64,000 bases of DNA, taken from Leidyana gryllorum EB-2025a. Taxonomy: Eukaryota > Protista > Apicomplexa. The notes under the pieces are model-generated. The model did no database searches, was not told the origin of the DNA, and was given only the letters and a program-made list of their open reading frames with translations. Of this stretch, positions 24,755 to 36,703 are shown in pieces (the stretch's first letter is position 1; each line of letters opens with the position of its first letter). Made by a program: the position numbers and the translations under genes. The stretch covers positions 186,001 to 250,000 of the forward strand of contig JBLWGC010000208.1 of assembly GCA_048772705.1 (NCBI GenBank), written 5' to 3'.

Positions 24755-26009
24755 ATGACTGGGGGTTTCCAAACACAAATTGATCCAACTCCTAGCCGCC
24801 AACCAGATCTCGCCGTCAGCGATGGTGACAACAAAGATGCCGACCCCATGATGTCTTTCGACATGATCGCCGACTCCAATATGCCCAGGACTGAACTCAA
24901 GAAGTCCTATGAGAATCGCGAATGGCTACACAGCAGAGGCGCGCGGCTGCTCCGGATCATGGCCGAGTTTATGGAAACTGGCGACAAACTCCGCGCACAT
25001 GGTATCATCGGGTCTATTCTCGTCTTCGGCAGTGCCAGAATACGCTCTCCCGAGGCCTGGGCTGATGACATCGCCGCGCTCGAGCATGGAGTTGCCGCTA
25101 ATCCTGATGATCAAACCCTTCAGCAGAAACTCAAGGAGCTCCGTCGACAGGAGAGACTCACTCAATATTACCACAAGACGGTCCAACTGGCCAGACTGCT
25201 CACAGGTAAACCTTCGTACTACAGGCTCACACCCATGCTACCCAGAATGGGCTCACACCAAGGAAGCCGAGCTGGCGGTCAAACGCTCAGTGTCGAAATT
25301 GCCTTACTTCTACGAGAAAACAACCCGATTCCAGGCTTTAGCTAAACAAGATGAGCGGTGCTCACCCCCAGCCGTCGGAGTCAGTGCTCCTTGGAGCCCC
25401 AGCGGCCTAGTCATTTGCACCGGCGGCGGACCTGGGATGATGGAAGCCGCCAACAAGGGAGCAGCACAAGTTCCAGGAGGACGATCGATGGGAATGGGCA
25501 TCTCGCTCCCATTTGAAGTGGACCTGAACCCATATGTCACTGATGACCTGCGATTTCAGTACCATTATTTCTTCACCCGCAAATTCTGGATGGTCTACGT
25601 AGCAATGGGTGAGTTGGCACTATTCATACCAACATTGCACGCTTCAGGCGTTGTGGCAACTCCCGGTGGTGTCGGGACGCTTGACGAGTTAATGGAGGTT
25701 CTTACGTTGCGCCAGACCGGTCGCTTCAAGACCAGAATCCCTATAGTTCTCTTCGGCAAGGACTTCTGGAAGAATACGATCAATTTTGAGTTCCTGCGTG
25801 ATCAAGGCGTCATTTCCGATGCTGACTACGAGGGATTGTAAGTGTCTGACAAATGGCTTGGCTCTACTTTTGACAGATTCTGGACGGACGATCCTCAAGA
25901 AGCTTTCGACCACATCCGATCTACACTTGTCCGTGGAGAGTAAGTGCGTTCCTGCCACCCAATACAGCACCCATGCAGGAGTGTCTACCCCGGGCCAAAA
26001 AAGAAGTGA
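24755..26009 (+). CDS. LOG family (type II, 'lysine decarboxylase-like') nucleotide 5'-monophosphate phosphoribohydrolase, multi-exon; stop at 25943 if the last intron is not used
   Basis: VFGSAR, TGGGPGMMEAANKGA, GMGISLPFE, NPY, YFFTRKFW and PGGVGTLDE signatures. Confidence 0.9.
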
Positions 26010-26044
26010 AGATCGAACACACACGCGCGACGCGCGCGAACACG

Positions 26045-28454
26045 ATGGGCCTCTTTGTCAATGTGATAGGATTATTACTGTTTTATGAGCTGCATACATC
26101 CCATGTTTGGGCTCGCGATACCGATAACTATGATAGTCAAGTGGCTCACTCCCCTGACACACATGAACAGCATGAACCTGCGGCTCCCTCCAATGACTCA
26201 GATGAACACTCTTCCGTATGGTCACAGCTTGGAAGTCTTCTATCACGTCACAAATCTGACCTGACTAAGGCTTCGGACACGCCTAGTAATGATCACACTC
26301 CAATGAGCGAACAGGGTCATCATCCTGGACCCCCCCCTCCAGGCCACCCTGGTCCACACCCACCTCCTGGAATGGGTGAAACGCCTGCAGCAGACATGAC
26401 TGCCGTCAGCAACCTTCCTGGTGATAATGCTCATTCCCCTGTGCCAGCAGCTGAAGGTCAACCAGAAGGTCCTGATGCAGCCGTCCAACCGGCCCCGATG
26501 GAGGCGGCTCCACATCCCGCGTTGCTCCAATGGGAACACGCACATGATGTGGAAGAAGCTCCGAGCGCTTTAGCGGATGAGCAGTGGACCGACGCAGAAC
26601 TTGACTCCGAGCATGCCGCACATGTTCCTTCGCAGGATGTTCATCATCACGGTGGTGAGGCGCATCATCACGAGCATGCTGAGCACGAGGGGCCTCATCC
26701 TCATGGTCAACATCATGCAGCCGAAGCGGCAGAGACTGGCCATGAGCCGCATCATGAACATCATGGCGAAGGGCATGTGCGTCCACATGATGCTCATCAT
26801 CCACACGAAGGACATCATTCCCACGAAGCTCATTCCGTATCGCCTCATGCCCCGCACACTCATGAGCTGGGTGAGGAGAACCATCCGGAGTTAGGGGACC
26901 CTCATTCGCATGGCGAAGACGCGGGAGAATTGATTCCTCCGCCAGCAGGCGATCATCCCGAGGAACAAGAGTTGGAAGTCGCCGGTGAAGCTGGTGACGG
27001 TGAGGAAGAGGAACTGGAAGTCGCTGGTGAACCTTGCGGGGATAACTTAAATCCGGGCACTCCAGATTTGGTGGAACAAGGGGCCCAGAGTATTGAAAGG
27101 GACCGGTTGGATATTGCTGGTATGTTCAGATCATCTGCTTCGGAATTAATCTCCAACAACATCTTCAGATAATATGCTGGCTACATTGAACAAGGATGTT
27201 GGAGCTGAACGAGCGAGAGCTGCTTACGTGAGTGCTTCAACGCGTGCTGTCATTCCTGATCAGGCTGAATTGACTTACGGAGGTGACCCGGCAGCCAAAG
27301 AGCCCCTTCTTAAGGAATTAGAGGATGTAGTCGCCAGTTCTACTGGAGCTGATGTAAGTATACGTGTTGGCTGGATAGAAGTGTTCGCAGGTGATCGATG
27401 TGCAAGGGCTAGCCGCAGAGGGCGAAGCTGTTGAGCCTGAGGCTGTGCTGCAGGACGCTGAGCTTTCTGCTGAGCAGATAGAAGAAGCGAACCCTCCTGA
27501 AGGTGCCCCAGCAGAGCACGATCATGGTGCCATTACTCATGAGCACGGCTCTCCAGCTGAGCCAGCTGGGGAATTGGAGGAGGTCGAAGAGGTGGAAGAG
27601 CCAGAGAGCTTCCTTGCTCTCAATAGCCAGATGGAGAGTGGGAAGGGTAAACATCGTCATGGACATTCCTTTGCCCAGCACAAATGGAACCCCCTGAAAT
27701 CAATTATGGGCGGGAAGGATCATGGCCACCACCATGGTCACCATGATCATCATGCGGCTTCATTCTTGACGGTGAAAGATGTCCCCATGGGACGAATGGC
27801 TCCGCCGGAGGGCGGCCACCCTCACGGTGGTCACCCTCCTCCACCGCCTGCAAGGGAAAGCCCCCCAGCTGGGTCAGAAGCCGGTGGTCCGCATGGGCCT
27901 CCAGCTCACGCACCTATGGCGGCCCTGGAGACTCCCCGACGGCTTAGAGCCTCCCAGACCACAAAGCTCGAAGATGCTCAACAGATGGCCCGGTCAGGAG
28001 GACATCAGTCAGTGATGGACTTGGCGTTTCCCACGACCGCTTCTAGGGAGGCTTTGAGTAAGGAGCACAAGGGGAAAGGCCACAAGAAAGGCCATTCCCA
28101 TGCCGAAGTGGCGAAAGGCAAACACAAGAAGGGGCACTCCGCTCTGGAACGCCGAAAGCTTCAGGGAATGAGTGAGCTGGAGAAGCACAAGGGCGGAAAG
28201 CATTCGTCGCACATGGAGGAATCCAAAGGAAAAGGGCACAGCAAGAGACATACTGCCTTTGCACAAGTGGGCGGGGTGGAGTTGGAGACCGGCACAACCA
28301 AGGGCAAGAAGAAGCACTCCCACTTGGAGACTAGACGCGATGCAGGTCAAGCTGCCGATGAAGAAGCAGCTGAGGTCCACAAAAGTGAGAAACTCTCGAC
28401 GATGCAGGTGAGTGAACGTTGATTCGTTCTCGCAAGTATTCTCTCGTTTAGTAG
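26045..28454 (+). CDS. Secreted His/Glu/Pro-rich then His/Lys/Gly-rich protein, multi-exon
   Basis: Signal peptide MGLFVNVIGLLLFYELHTSHVWA. Introns at 27120-27168 and donors near 27228, 27354 and 28407 join track ORFs 25973, 27174 and 27391. Confidence 0.75.
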
Positions 28455-28755
28455 TGGGTGTACCTTTTAGCAATTCTGCCACTCGGATTGATAGCTATTC
28501 TCTTATGCATGGTATTTTTTGATTAAGAGTCTGAAGGACTCGAAACTAACAATTGACTCAAAATTGAGGTCAAATTTGAAAGTAGAATGTTGCTTGACAA
28601 ACATGGGGAGGGACCGTAATTTCAAATGACGGGGTGATGGTAGACAAACAGGCTGTTTTCTTTCCTCCTCCCGGAATGTGCGTCTCGCGTGTGTGTACAA
28701 ACACATTGTTGGATTGCTTGGTGTTTCGGTGATCGGCCCCCATCGTCCTCCCTAA

Positions 28756-30126
28756 ATGACTGAATTCGCTGGACCATTGATAGATGGTACAAATTTCCCT
28801 CAATCGGAGGAATGGAAGGAGGGCGGGGCTGATCTGGAAGATCAACTATTGTGCACTGAGGACGTCAAGCTAGTGCTGCAGAGAACCGGACGATTGCGGA
28901 AGCTGTGGCAGAATTATGTACGATGGAGCAGTGTGACCGGTCTGTGTCTGTTGTGCTGTGTTCTCTGTGCGGTGCTGTATGTGAAGAGCCTCGGTGGGTC
29001 CCAAGACACCTTGCCGATCCTCACAGTGAAATTGAACAATGGACTGTACCAATGGGGCCATATACTTAGCTTTACGTCTCCTCATTTGTTACCCCCGAAA
29101 GTGTCCGATTGGAGTGATTCTGATTACCTGCGTGAATACAATACATTCAAGCGAATGTACCGACGAGGCAAGGAGCTGTTGTCTGTGGATGAAGAAAGCA
29201 AACGGTTCAGCTGGTTCAAAAAGAACCTCCAATACATTCATGAACACAATGCGAAGGCTGACAGCAGCTTCACAATGGCCCCAAACCAATTCACGGATAT
29301 GTCTTTCAGTGAATGGTCTCGACAATTCACTACTCTGCCAGTGGAATCAAAGCGGTCGAGACAAACTTTGTGGAATCTTCCGTTGGTGTCTAACTCGAGT
29401 ATACCAACTTCAGTGAACTGGCATGAACGCGGTTGTGTTACTCCAATCAAAGATCAGGCTCAATGGTGAGATCAGACTACGAGCTTCTTATTTCATGTTA
29501 CAATTTGTAGTGGATCTTGCTGGGCGTTTAGCTCCACCGGCGCAATCGAAGGAGCAGTTTGTGCACAGACTGGAAGATTGGTGTCTTTGTCCGAGCAGCA
29601 GTTGATTGACTGTTCGGCCGCCGAAGGAACCCATGGGTGTAATGGCGGTTTCATGGACAACGCGTTTCAGTACGTGATGGATGTCGGAGGTATCTGCAGT
29701 GAAGACGAATATCCCTATCACGCCAAGCAAGAAGTTTGCAAGAAGAGCTGCAAGAATGTGGCTAAAATCAGTGGGATAATGGATGTACCACCCGGTGACG
29801 TCAAAGCGTTGAGGGCCGCTATCGCTTTTCATGGTCCGGTGGCTGCTGGAGTCCAAGCGGACCGTCCGGCCTTCCAATTCTATCATAAAGGAGTACTCAA
29901 TGTGGAATGCGGCAAGCATCTGAACCATGCGATCTTGGTAACGGGATACGGTATGGACGAGGAGACCAAACTTCAGTACTGGCTGGTGAAGAATTCATGG
30001 GGTTCGACATGGGGTGACGACGGGTATATCAAGTTGGCAATGAAGCATCACGGGAAGGCAGGCGAGTGCGGAATCCTGCTGGCTCCCTCAGTGCCGATCG
30101 TGAAGGCCGAAGACATTCATCTCTGA
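28756..30126 (+). CDS. Cathepsin L-like papain (C1A) cysteine protease with N-terminal TM anchor and I29 prodomain (intron 29466-29510)
   Basis: Spliced QAQCGSCWAFS, LSEQQLIDCS, GCNGG, HLNHAIL and KNSWG. ERFNIN-like EESKRFSWFKKNLQYIHEHN, NQFTD, and a TM segment near residue 60-75. Confidence 0.95.
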
Positions 30127-30332
30127 TTTGTTGATCGCAATCGTGTAGTAGTTATTTAGTTAGTGATTGAGTGAATGAATGAGTCAGTCAACCCCATTTG
30201 ATCGAACCACCGCGCAAGTCGTAGTCTGTGGAAGTAAGTTGGCCGTTCGCGAGTTGAACTGGCGTGATTACGTTGGCGTAAGTTGAGTGATTTTGAGTGG
30301 ATGAAACGATGTGAGGGGAATTAACTAACTAA

Positions 30333-32352
30333 CTAACTGACTATCCGAACGGGTTCGCTTTGAGCTGTAGGTATGTCTGGAGTGGCGGTGGTGGTGACCT
30401 CGAATATGGGAAGATTGGGAGAGCTTCGTAGTTGTTTCTTGGCCTTGTGAGAGCACATCGTCATACCGACCCAGATGAGGTGTGCCCAGCTGAGGAAGAC
30501 GAAGAGGGTGAGGAGCAAGTTGTTGCGCTCAGCTCGACAGCCTTCACTGACCGTGATGGAAGCTGCTTCTTCTCCGGGCGAGCAACTTGGGGCGAGTAGA
30601 TCTTTGAGATACCCGACGAAGATTGGGCCGGGTACATCCCTGATGAAGTGGGGGTGTGGGTAAGGAGTGGTTGTCGCGTGCTTACCCCAAGAGGTGCAGG
30701 CCGAGCGTGAACACGGACACGGAGAGGAATCGGTATCGTTGTGGTGCGCACAACATGACCGAGAGGTTCAATCCGGACTGCGTCATGAAGATGAGGACCA
30801 ATCCCACTCCAACGCAGAACATGGCCACAGGGACAAAGTGGTCAAAGCTCCAGAACAGCTGGATGGCAGAGATTAGATTGGATTAGATTAGATTGGGGTT
30901 TACCAGAACTGGGGCAACACTGAGGAGGGTTGCAGCGAAGGCGGCTAATATGGCGGTGAAGAAGGTGATATTTGATACAGTATTGTATCTGACTTTTTCT
31001 TCTTCCTGAGTTTCGCCAGCCCAGGAGGCGCCTTCTCTGTGTACCAAGTCGTGAGTGTCCATATTCTTGTTGGATGCCCATTTTTGGGGCAGAGAGAGTA
31101 ACCAGCCACCAGCTAGTGTACCGACGCTTCCAGCGATCGCTCCGGAAACACCGATGGCAGTAGAGGCATGAAGCTCGGACTTGAACAGTCCGAGGTTCAA
31201 TAGGAAAGCCGTTCCGAAGCTGATGAGTCCGGCTGCAACGGCTGCTTGCGCTGCGCCGGAGATCAGGAGGTTCGGAAACATTGGGGAATAAGCCAAGCAA
31301 CTTAGGCATTGGCGGAAGCTGAGACTCTCGTTGTGCATTTCAACGAGAGTCTCGCTGCTTGTAGGTATGAGTGCGGGTTCACCGATGACAGCGGTGGGAG
31401 AGGAAGGGGCGGTTTGGCGGGAGTGGGTGTTGGCACTGTCGCAGTCCGAGAGGCCGGGGGGGTCCATTCGAGCGCGGGGCAGGTGTGTTTGGCAGGTGTT
31501 ACAGTCCGTGGAGGCCTGGCCGGAGCTGACTGTTTCAGAGAGCAGTTCGTGGGTTTGGTTGTTGGTGGAGTCGTCAGCAAAGTGGTGGAGAGGGGAGAGG
31601 CCGTGGGAGGCCTTGGTGGTGGAGAATATGCACATGCAGACGATGGGTGGGAATGCGAGTAGAGCCAAGGCGATGAAGCCGTATGCCCAGGAGACCCACT
31701 CCACGATGGCTGCGGACATTATGAATCCGACGGCCGAGCCGACAGGCATGAGGCCGTAGAAGATGCCAAGTATGATGCCACGATGTTCGGTGGAACTGCC
31801 GTCTAGAAGTATGGGGGCCATGAGGCCGATGAAGGCCCCTTCACCGACACCGCTGAGGGCCCGCGCGACAAATAGTACAGAAACTGAGTTGATTAGGCCG
31901 GCTAATCCACATCCGGCGATGGAGACGAGCCAGATGGCGAGTCCGAGTGCGAGAAAGAATATGGGTCTTTGCGTTCGTGCGCCGAGGAAGGAAAGAATGG
32001 GTGCTGCAATGGCGAGTCCGCCGATGAATACCGATTGCAGCATTCCGAAAAACACTTCTGGGTGGCTCCGTACCAAAGCAGATTGCATAAGGAAACGTGT
32101 GAATTCATCATGGGAGCCAGGGACGATACCTCTGTCCAAATATATAAGAAAGTCAATGAGGAAGAAGAGTGATAGGACTCGGACTTTGGAGCTAAATATC
32201 CACCAGGGCCGCGCAGTTCGCCAAACATTGTCATTATCATCACTTTGAGCTGTAACATTCTCATCCAAGATCATTACACACTTCTCTTCTGGCTTGCCAG
32301 GCCGCTGTTCCACTGGAGAGTTAAACACAATGGAGCTGCGTGCCGGCGCCAT
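30333..32352 (-). CDS. Spinster-like MFS transporter, multi-exon
   Basis: LIYLDRGIV, ARALSGVGEG, PVGSAVGF and spliced LHLLGDVPGPIFVGYLKD. Confidence 0.88.
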
Positions 32353-32560
32353 TTTCGAGGTACACTTCTTGACGTAAATATGAAAATGTAACAATTAGAG
32401 GCTGCCGAAGACGGCCTGGGGCTGAGGGGGTGCGAAGAATACAGAGATGTTGTGTGCGTTGTCGCTAATTATGGATCTTCGCTACGCGATTACAGCTCGA
32501 TTGGATCACCAATAAATTTAGCATTGCGACTGATTGTTTGACGACTTTGATTCGATCAAA

Positions 32561-33425
32561 ATGCATTTCACCACTTATTCAACTGGCCCCGTGTCGAGCA
32601 CCCGCACCGTGCGCACCACCCACACTACCACCGGGGGAGGTATGCTGGGCGGGGGATTCGGCGCCTCTTTGGGCGGTACAACCATCGGGGGAGCGCCCAC
32701 TACTCTGCTCGGTACCACCATGATGCCCGCTGGCACCACTCGGGTCGTCCAGACCTCGCAACCGATCGTTACTCAAACGCGATATGTCAACACCACTGGA
32801 CCCTCGCTGGTCTACCAGAGCGGTCCCGTGATGATCAGCCCGGGTATGACCAGATTAGGCAGCCTCTCTCTGCGCCCTCTAACTACCTACTCCGCTACCG
32901 GTGTGGCGGCTCCAGTCACCATGGGAATTGCGCCCATGATGCACATGACCCAGGCGGCGGCGAGCGGGGCTTCCAATCAGGTGAGAGGGGGGAGACAAGA
33001 AGGCTCAAATCGGCCTTTCAATCCAGGCTACGTACACCAATTCGGCCAGTTTGACCATCAACGGGCTGTTGTGTGAAGGATATATTGCGTGTTCTAACGA
33101 TAAGATTATTCAAGCAAAGAATCTATTCATCGGTGTCGCACCATTCCATCTCGGCACCGACACCCTCGAAGTCACCCCCGACCTGACCGTTGTCACCCGA
33201 AACCCCGACATTGTGTACCATCTGGCTGACTTGCCAAACGAATCCTGCCAATCTCTGACTCTGGCCGAGCTGCGGACAATGACTCAGATCCCTGCTGACA
33301 AGCCAGTTTACATCGGACTGCCCGGTCAAGCAGCCGCTCTCGCAACTGCTGGACCTGACGGCTCGATAGTGATCCAACAGACAGATGGGCGTATGGGCAA
33401 ACTTGTGGGAGCTTCACTTTTTTGA
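32561..33425 (+). CDS. Hypothetical protein with Thr/Gly/Met-rich N-terminus and an unrecognised globular C-terminal domain (intron 32981-33026)
   Basis: A phase-0 46-nt GT-AG intron links track ORFs 32534 and 33051. Confidence 0.7.
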
Positions 33426-33462
33426 CTGATTTTGTGAGGTGGTGCACCATTCCTCCTCTGAC

Positions 33463-34117
33463 ATGTTGGGGACTAAAGACAAAGGACTCGGTGAACAACT
33501 GAATGGGGCAGAATTGGAGCAATTACGCGCTGCGTTCGCCCTCTTTGACGAGGACAGAGATGGCAAGCTTTCAGCCTCCCAACTGAAACGATCACTTCTC
33601 GACATCTCCAAACAGCTCGACCAAGCTAACTGCTATCGCATCATATTGGACCTCGAAAAGCGAGGAGATGCACTCCTAACATTCAGTGACTTTTGTGCCC
33701 TATTTGCTTCAGGGTCCTCCACACTATTGCGAGGTCGCCCCGTCTCACGTAAAGAGTCGCAACGGGTAAGAAAATGTTAGAACACCGTCCATTAAACTCA
33801 CAACCCGCGCCAGTTGTTCCGTCTGATTGATGTGGACCATAACGGAAAGATCTCTTATCGGGACCTGAAGCGTTTGGCGGACGATTTGAGTGAGCCCATC
33901 TCTGCTTTGAACACCTGCGACTGTTATGTGTAGACGAAGCCATAACCCCTCAAGAACTGGAGGAAATGATTCATCGCGCCGATGTGAATAATGATGGCTA
34001 TATCGATCAGGTGTGTGTGTTCTGTGTCTCTAACGCGCGCGTTCGCGCGGCCATGACTCATTTCAGGAAGAGTTTCACCGAATCATAACGGTTCGATCAG
34101 CAAGTCGTGATGAATGA
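33463..34117 (+). CDS. Centrin-like EF-hand protein, 4 exons
   Basis: AFALFDEDRDGKLS, LFRLIDVDHNGKISYRDLKRLADDL and ELEEMIHRADVNNDGYIDQEEF. Confidence 0.85.
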
Positions 34118-34188
34118 GGGAAAAGGTGACTGAAAAAGTCCGCGGCATATAATCGCGCCGCGAACTGCCACCACAGCCGGGATAGCAA

Positions 34189-36060
34189 ATGGCCACGATG
34201 GACTGCCTTCTACCCCAGTTGGAAACCCCAGCGCGACAATACCCTAGAGTGACTGTAGAGACGTACAAACCTTTCGTGGCTGACTATTCGCTGGTCAACA
34301 GTGACGAACACCAATATCACTGTTGTTACATTGATGGTTCAGATTGGCGTCTTCCAGCTCGCTTCAAATATCGTCGATTGTTGGGGAGCGGCGCATATGG
34401 GTGTGTGGCAGAGTTTGTGGACAAAGGGTCGGGGGGCGTGGTTGCGATCAAGCGAGTTGCAGATGTGTTTCGTGACGCGAGCGATTCCCGGCGTATATTG
34501 CGAGAGTTGAAGGTGATGCGTCATCTTCGTCATTCTCAGCATGTGGTGCGTATTATGGATATCTTACCTCCTGAGAGTCCCGAGTTCAGGGATTTGTACA
34601 TAGTAATGGAGTGTGCCGACACTGATCTTCACGGAGTCATCTACAGCAATGTATCTCTGGCCGAGAGTCAATATCTGCATATATTCCGCGACCTGTTATG
34701 TTCATTTGCTGTGATTCACAGGGCCGGATTGATCCACCGAGACGTCAAGCCGTCCAATGTGATGATCAATATGCGTGGAATTAGTGTGAAGGTTGGTGAT
34801 TTTGGACTGGCACGCGACTCGAAAATTAGCGAAATGCCGCGCATGCCGATGATCTTTGGAATTCCCGCTGGTGTACCAACGGCTTCAGTGGGACACAAGT
34901 ATCGCGATGACACCCCAGGTGCCCCTGACACCTTTCACCACGAAGATCCAACTACCCCATCAACTCCCACTCCAGTGCCCCCCTTCCCGGCCCATGGGCG
35001 TCACCTGAAAGATCGGCCATTTGCTCGGGCAAGGCGGTTAGATCAAGATGAATGGCCGTCCTTTGTGGCATCTAACCTTCCTGACCACCGAGATTTGATG
35101 ACTGAATACATTGTCACCCGATGGTACCGCCCGCCTGAGGTTTTGCTGAACTCTGGAGTCTACGGACCGGCCATAGACATCTGGGGTTTGGGGTGTATTT
35201 TCGCTGAAGTGGTGTTGCGTCGCCCTCTATTCGCTGGGAAAGACAATGTTGAACAGATGCGGCTCATCGCGAAAGCACTCGGACTGCCAACTTCGCAAGA
35301 GACGGTGTCTCTGTTTGCCACTCCTGCATGCTACTTGAGCCGTCAAGCCGATCGAGTACGTCGAGTTCTGGCCAGTGCTCATCACCGACGGGGGGACTTG
35401 GAAACTGTGTTGGAGGACCGGTGTCATCCTCTGCTGCTGGACCTGCTGGCACGGATGTTGTGTTACGACCCCGTGGAGCGTATAACAGCGGAGGAGGCTC
35501 TGACTCATCCCTACTTCCATCTGCATCCTCGACGTTATACTCCCGACAGACGTTTCTTGCAGAAGATTACTCCCATAGATTACGACTTTGATGAGGCCCC
35601 ACTGTTCATTCGGGCAATTCGAAAACGACTTTACGAAGAGGTCGTCCGGCATTGGCATCCCGAGATTGTGCAGCGGGATATTCCGAAGCTGCTCCAGATC
35701 GGGTTCGAGGTGGACGACTTGCGGGATAGTTTGGGGCTGCAGACCCCCACGCCGCCACCGCCTCTCCCACTGAAGCCTCAGCCGCAGGCACGGCCAGTGG
35801 CTGTTGCTGAGACGGAGAACGTGACGGTGCGACGACACGTGCGTCACCGGTCATGGCGCACCGAGATGACAACTGCATCTTCACCGGTTTTGGAAGAAGA
35901 AGTGTCCTCAGAGTCACAAATCATTGATATCTCACAGGACGATGAAGGAGAAGAGAATAAGAACGCCAGCAGCAGCAAATCTCGAAGAATCGTTGCCAAG
36001 CGTCTACGTGCGGCTAACTACAGGAACCCCTACATTCAACAAGACAGCTTCGGTGTATAG
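34189..36060 (+). CDS. MAP kinase with TEY motif and long activation-loop insert
   Basis: [32 protein letters not shown] and [14 protein letters not shown]. Confidence 0.93.
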   Translation: MATMDCLLPQLETPARQYPRVTVETYKPFVADYSLVNSDEHQYHCCYIDGSDWRLPARFKYRRLLGSGAYGCVAEFVDKGSGGVVAIKRVADVFRDASDSRRILRELKVMRHLRHSQHVVRIMDILPPESPEFRDLYIVMECADTDLHGVIYSNVSLAESQYLHIFRDLLCSFAVIHRAGLIHRDVKPSNVMINMRGISVKVGDFGLARDSKISEMPRMPMIFGIPAGVPTASVGHKYRDDTPGAPDTFHHEDPTTPSTPTPVPPFPAHGRHLKDRPFARARRLDQDEWPSFVASNLPDHRDLMTEYIVTRWYRPPEVLLNSGVYGPAIDIWGLGCIFAEVVLRRPLFAGKDNVEQMRLIAKALGLPTSQETVSLFATPACYLSRQADRVRRVLASAHHRRGDLETVLEDRCHPLLLDLLARMLCYDPVERITAEEALTHPYFHLHPRRYTPDRRFLQKITPIDYDFDEAPLFIRAIRKRLYEEVVRHWHPEIVQRDIPKLLQIGFEVDDLRDSLGLQTPTPPPPLPLKPQPQARPVAVAETENVTVRRHVRHRSWRTEMTTASSPVLEEEVSSESQIIDISQDDEGEENKNASSSKSRRIVAKRLRAANYRNPYIQQDSFGV

Positions 36061-36092
36061 AAGCGACCTCTCTCTCTTTCTCTCTTGCGTTC

Positions 36093-36597
36093 TCATAGGG
36101 GCAGCTGTTCGACTGCGTCGCGGAGGGAGTCGATCTCCTTCTGTAGCGGACTGCGCTCTCGACTCAATACAGCCGCGGCTATCACCGGGCGCGAAACTCC
36201 GCAGGCCCGACCCAGATTCAACTTGCTTTTCACGAAAACGTAAGGAACGTTCTGAAGGAGAAGCACCCAGGCAGGAGATGGCCAGAGAAATTCGTTGTCT
36301 CTCAATTCTCACCTTATCTTCGCAAACCAATGGCAAGTGCAACAGAATCTCAATGGGATCGGCATCGGCCGCCAACAAAATCAATTCCGCTTTGCCTTTG
36401 TTCAAAGCTTTCGTCGCTGATAAATAAAAGTAAATCTTACCCTAAGGAGTTGGCCTCAGGATTAGTAAGTTACCTTCATTGGCACCCTTCTTCAATTGGT
36501 TACCGCGTGACGACTGCTGTACCAAATCCAGCAGTCTTTGGTGCAACTCAGGAGTCGCCAACGGGTATGCCTTAGGGTTTACTCCTGCCTCAGCCAT
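36093..36597 (-). CDS. SNU13: 15.5K/NHP2L1 K-turn RNA-binding protein, 3 exons
   Basis: VNPKAYPLA...[42 protein letters not shown] and [23 protein letters not shown]. Confidence 0.95.
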
Positions 36598-36703
36598 TCT
36601 GCCGCAAATTAGCCAAAAATTTGTTTTTTACCGTACATCACAGCCCACTTTGTTTACGCATGCTGTCCATCGCACACTCCCACTGAGTGGCACGTACCTC
36701 GCA

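Noticed and set aside
30870-30900. gattag/ttaga and ctaa (30322-30340) repeats as telomeric or interstitial telomere sequence
   Set aside because: They are very short and degenerate, and located in an intron and a 3' end region.
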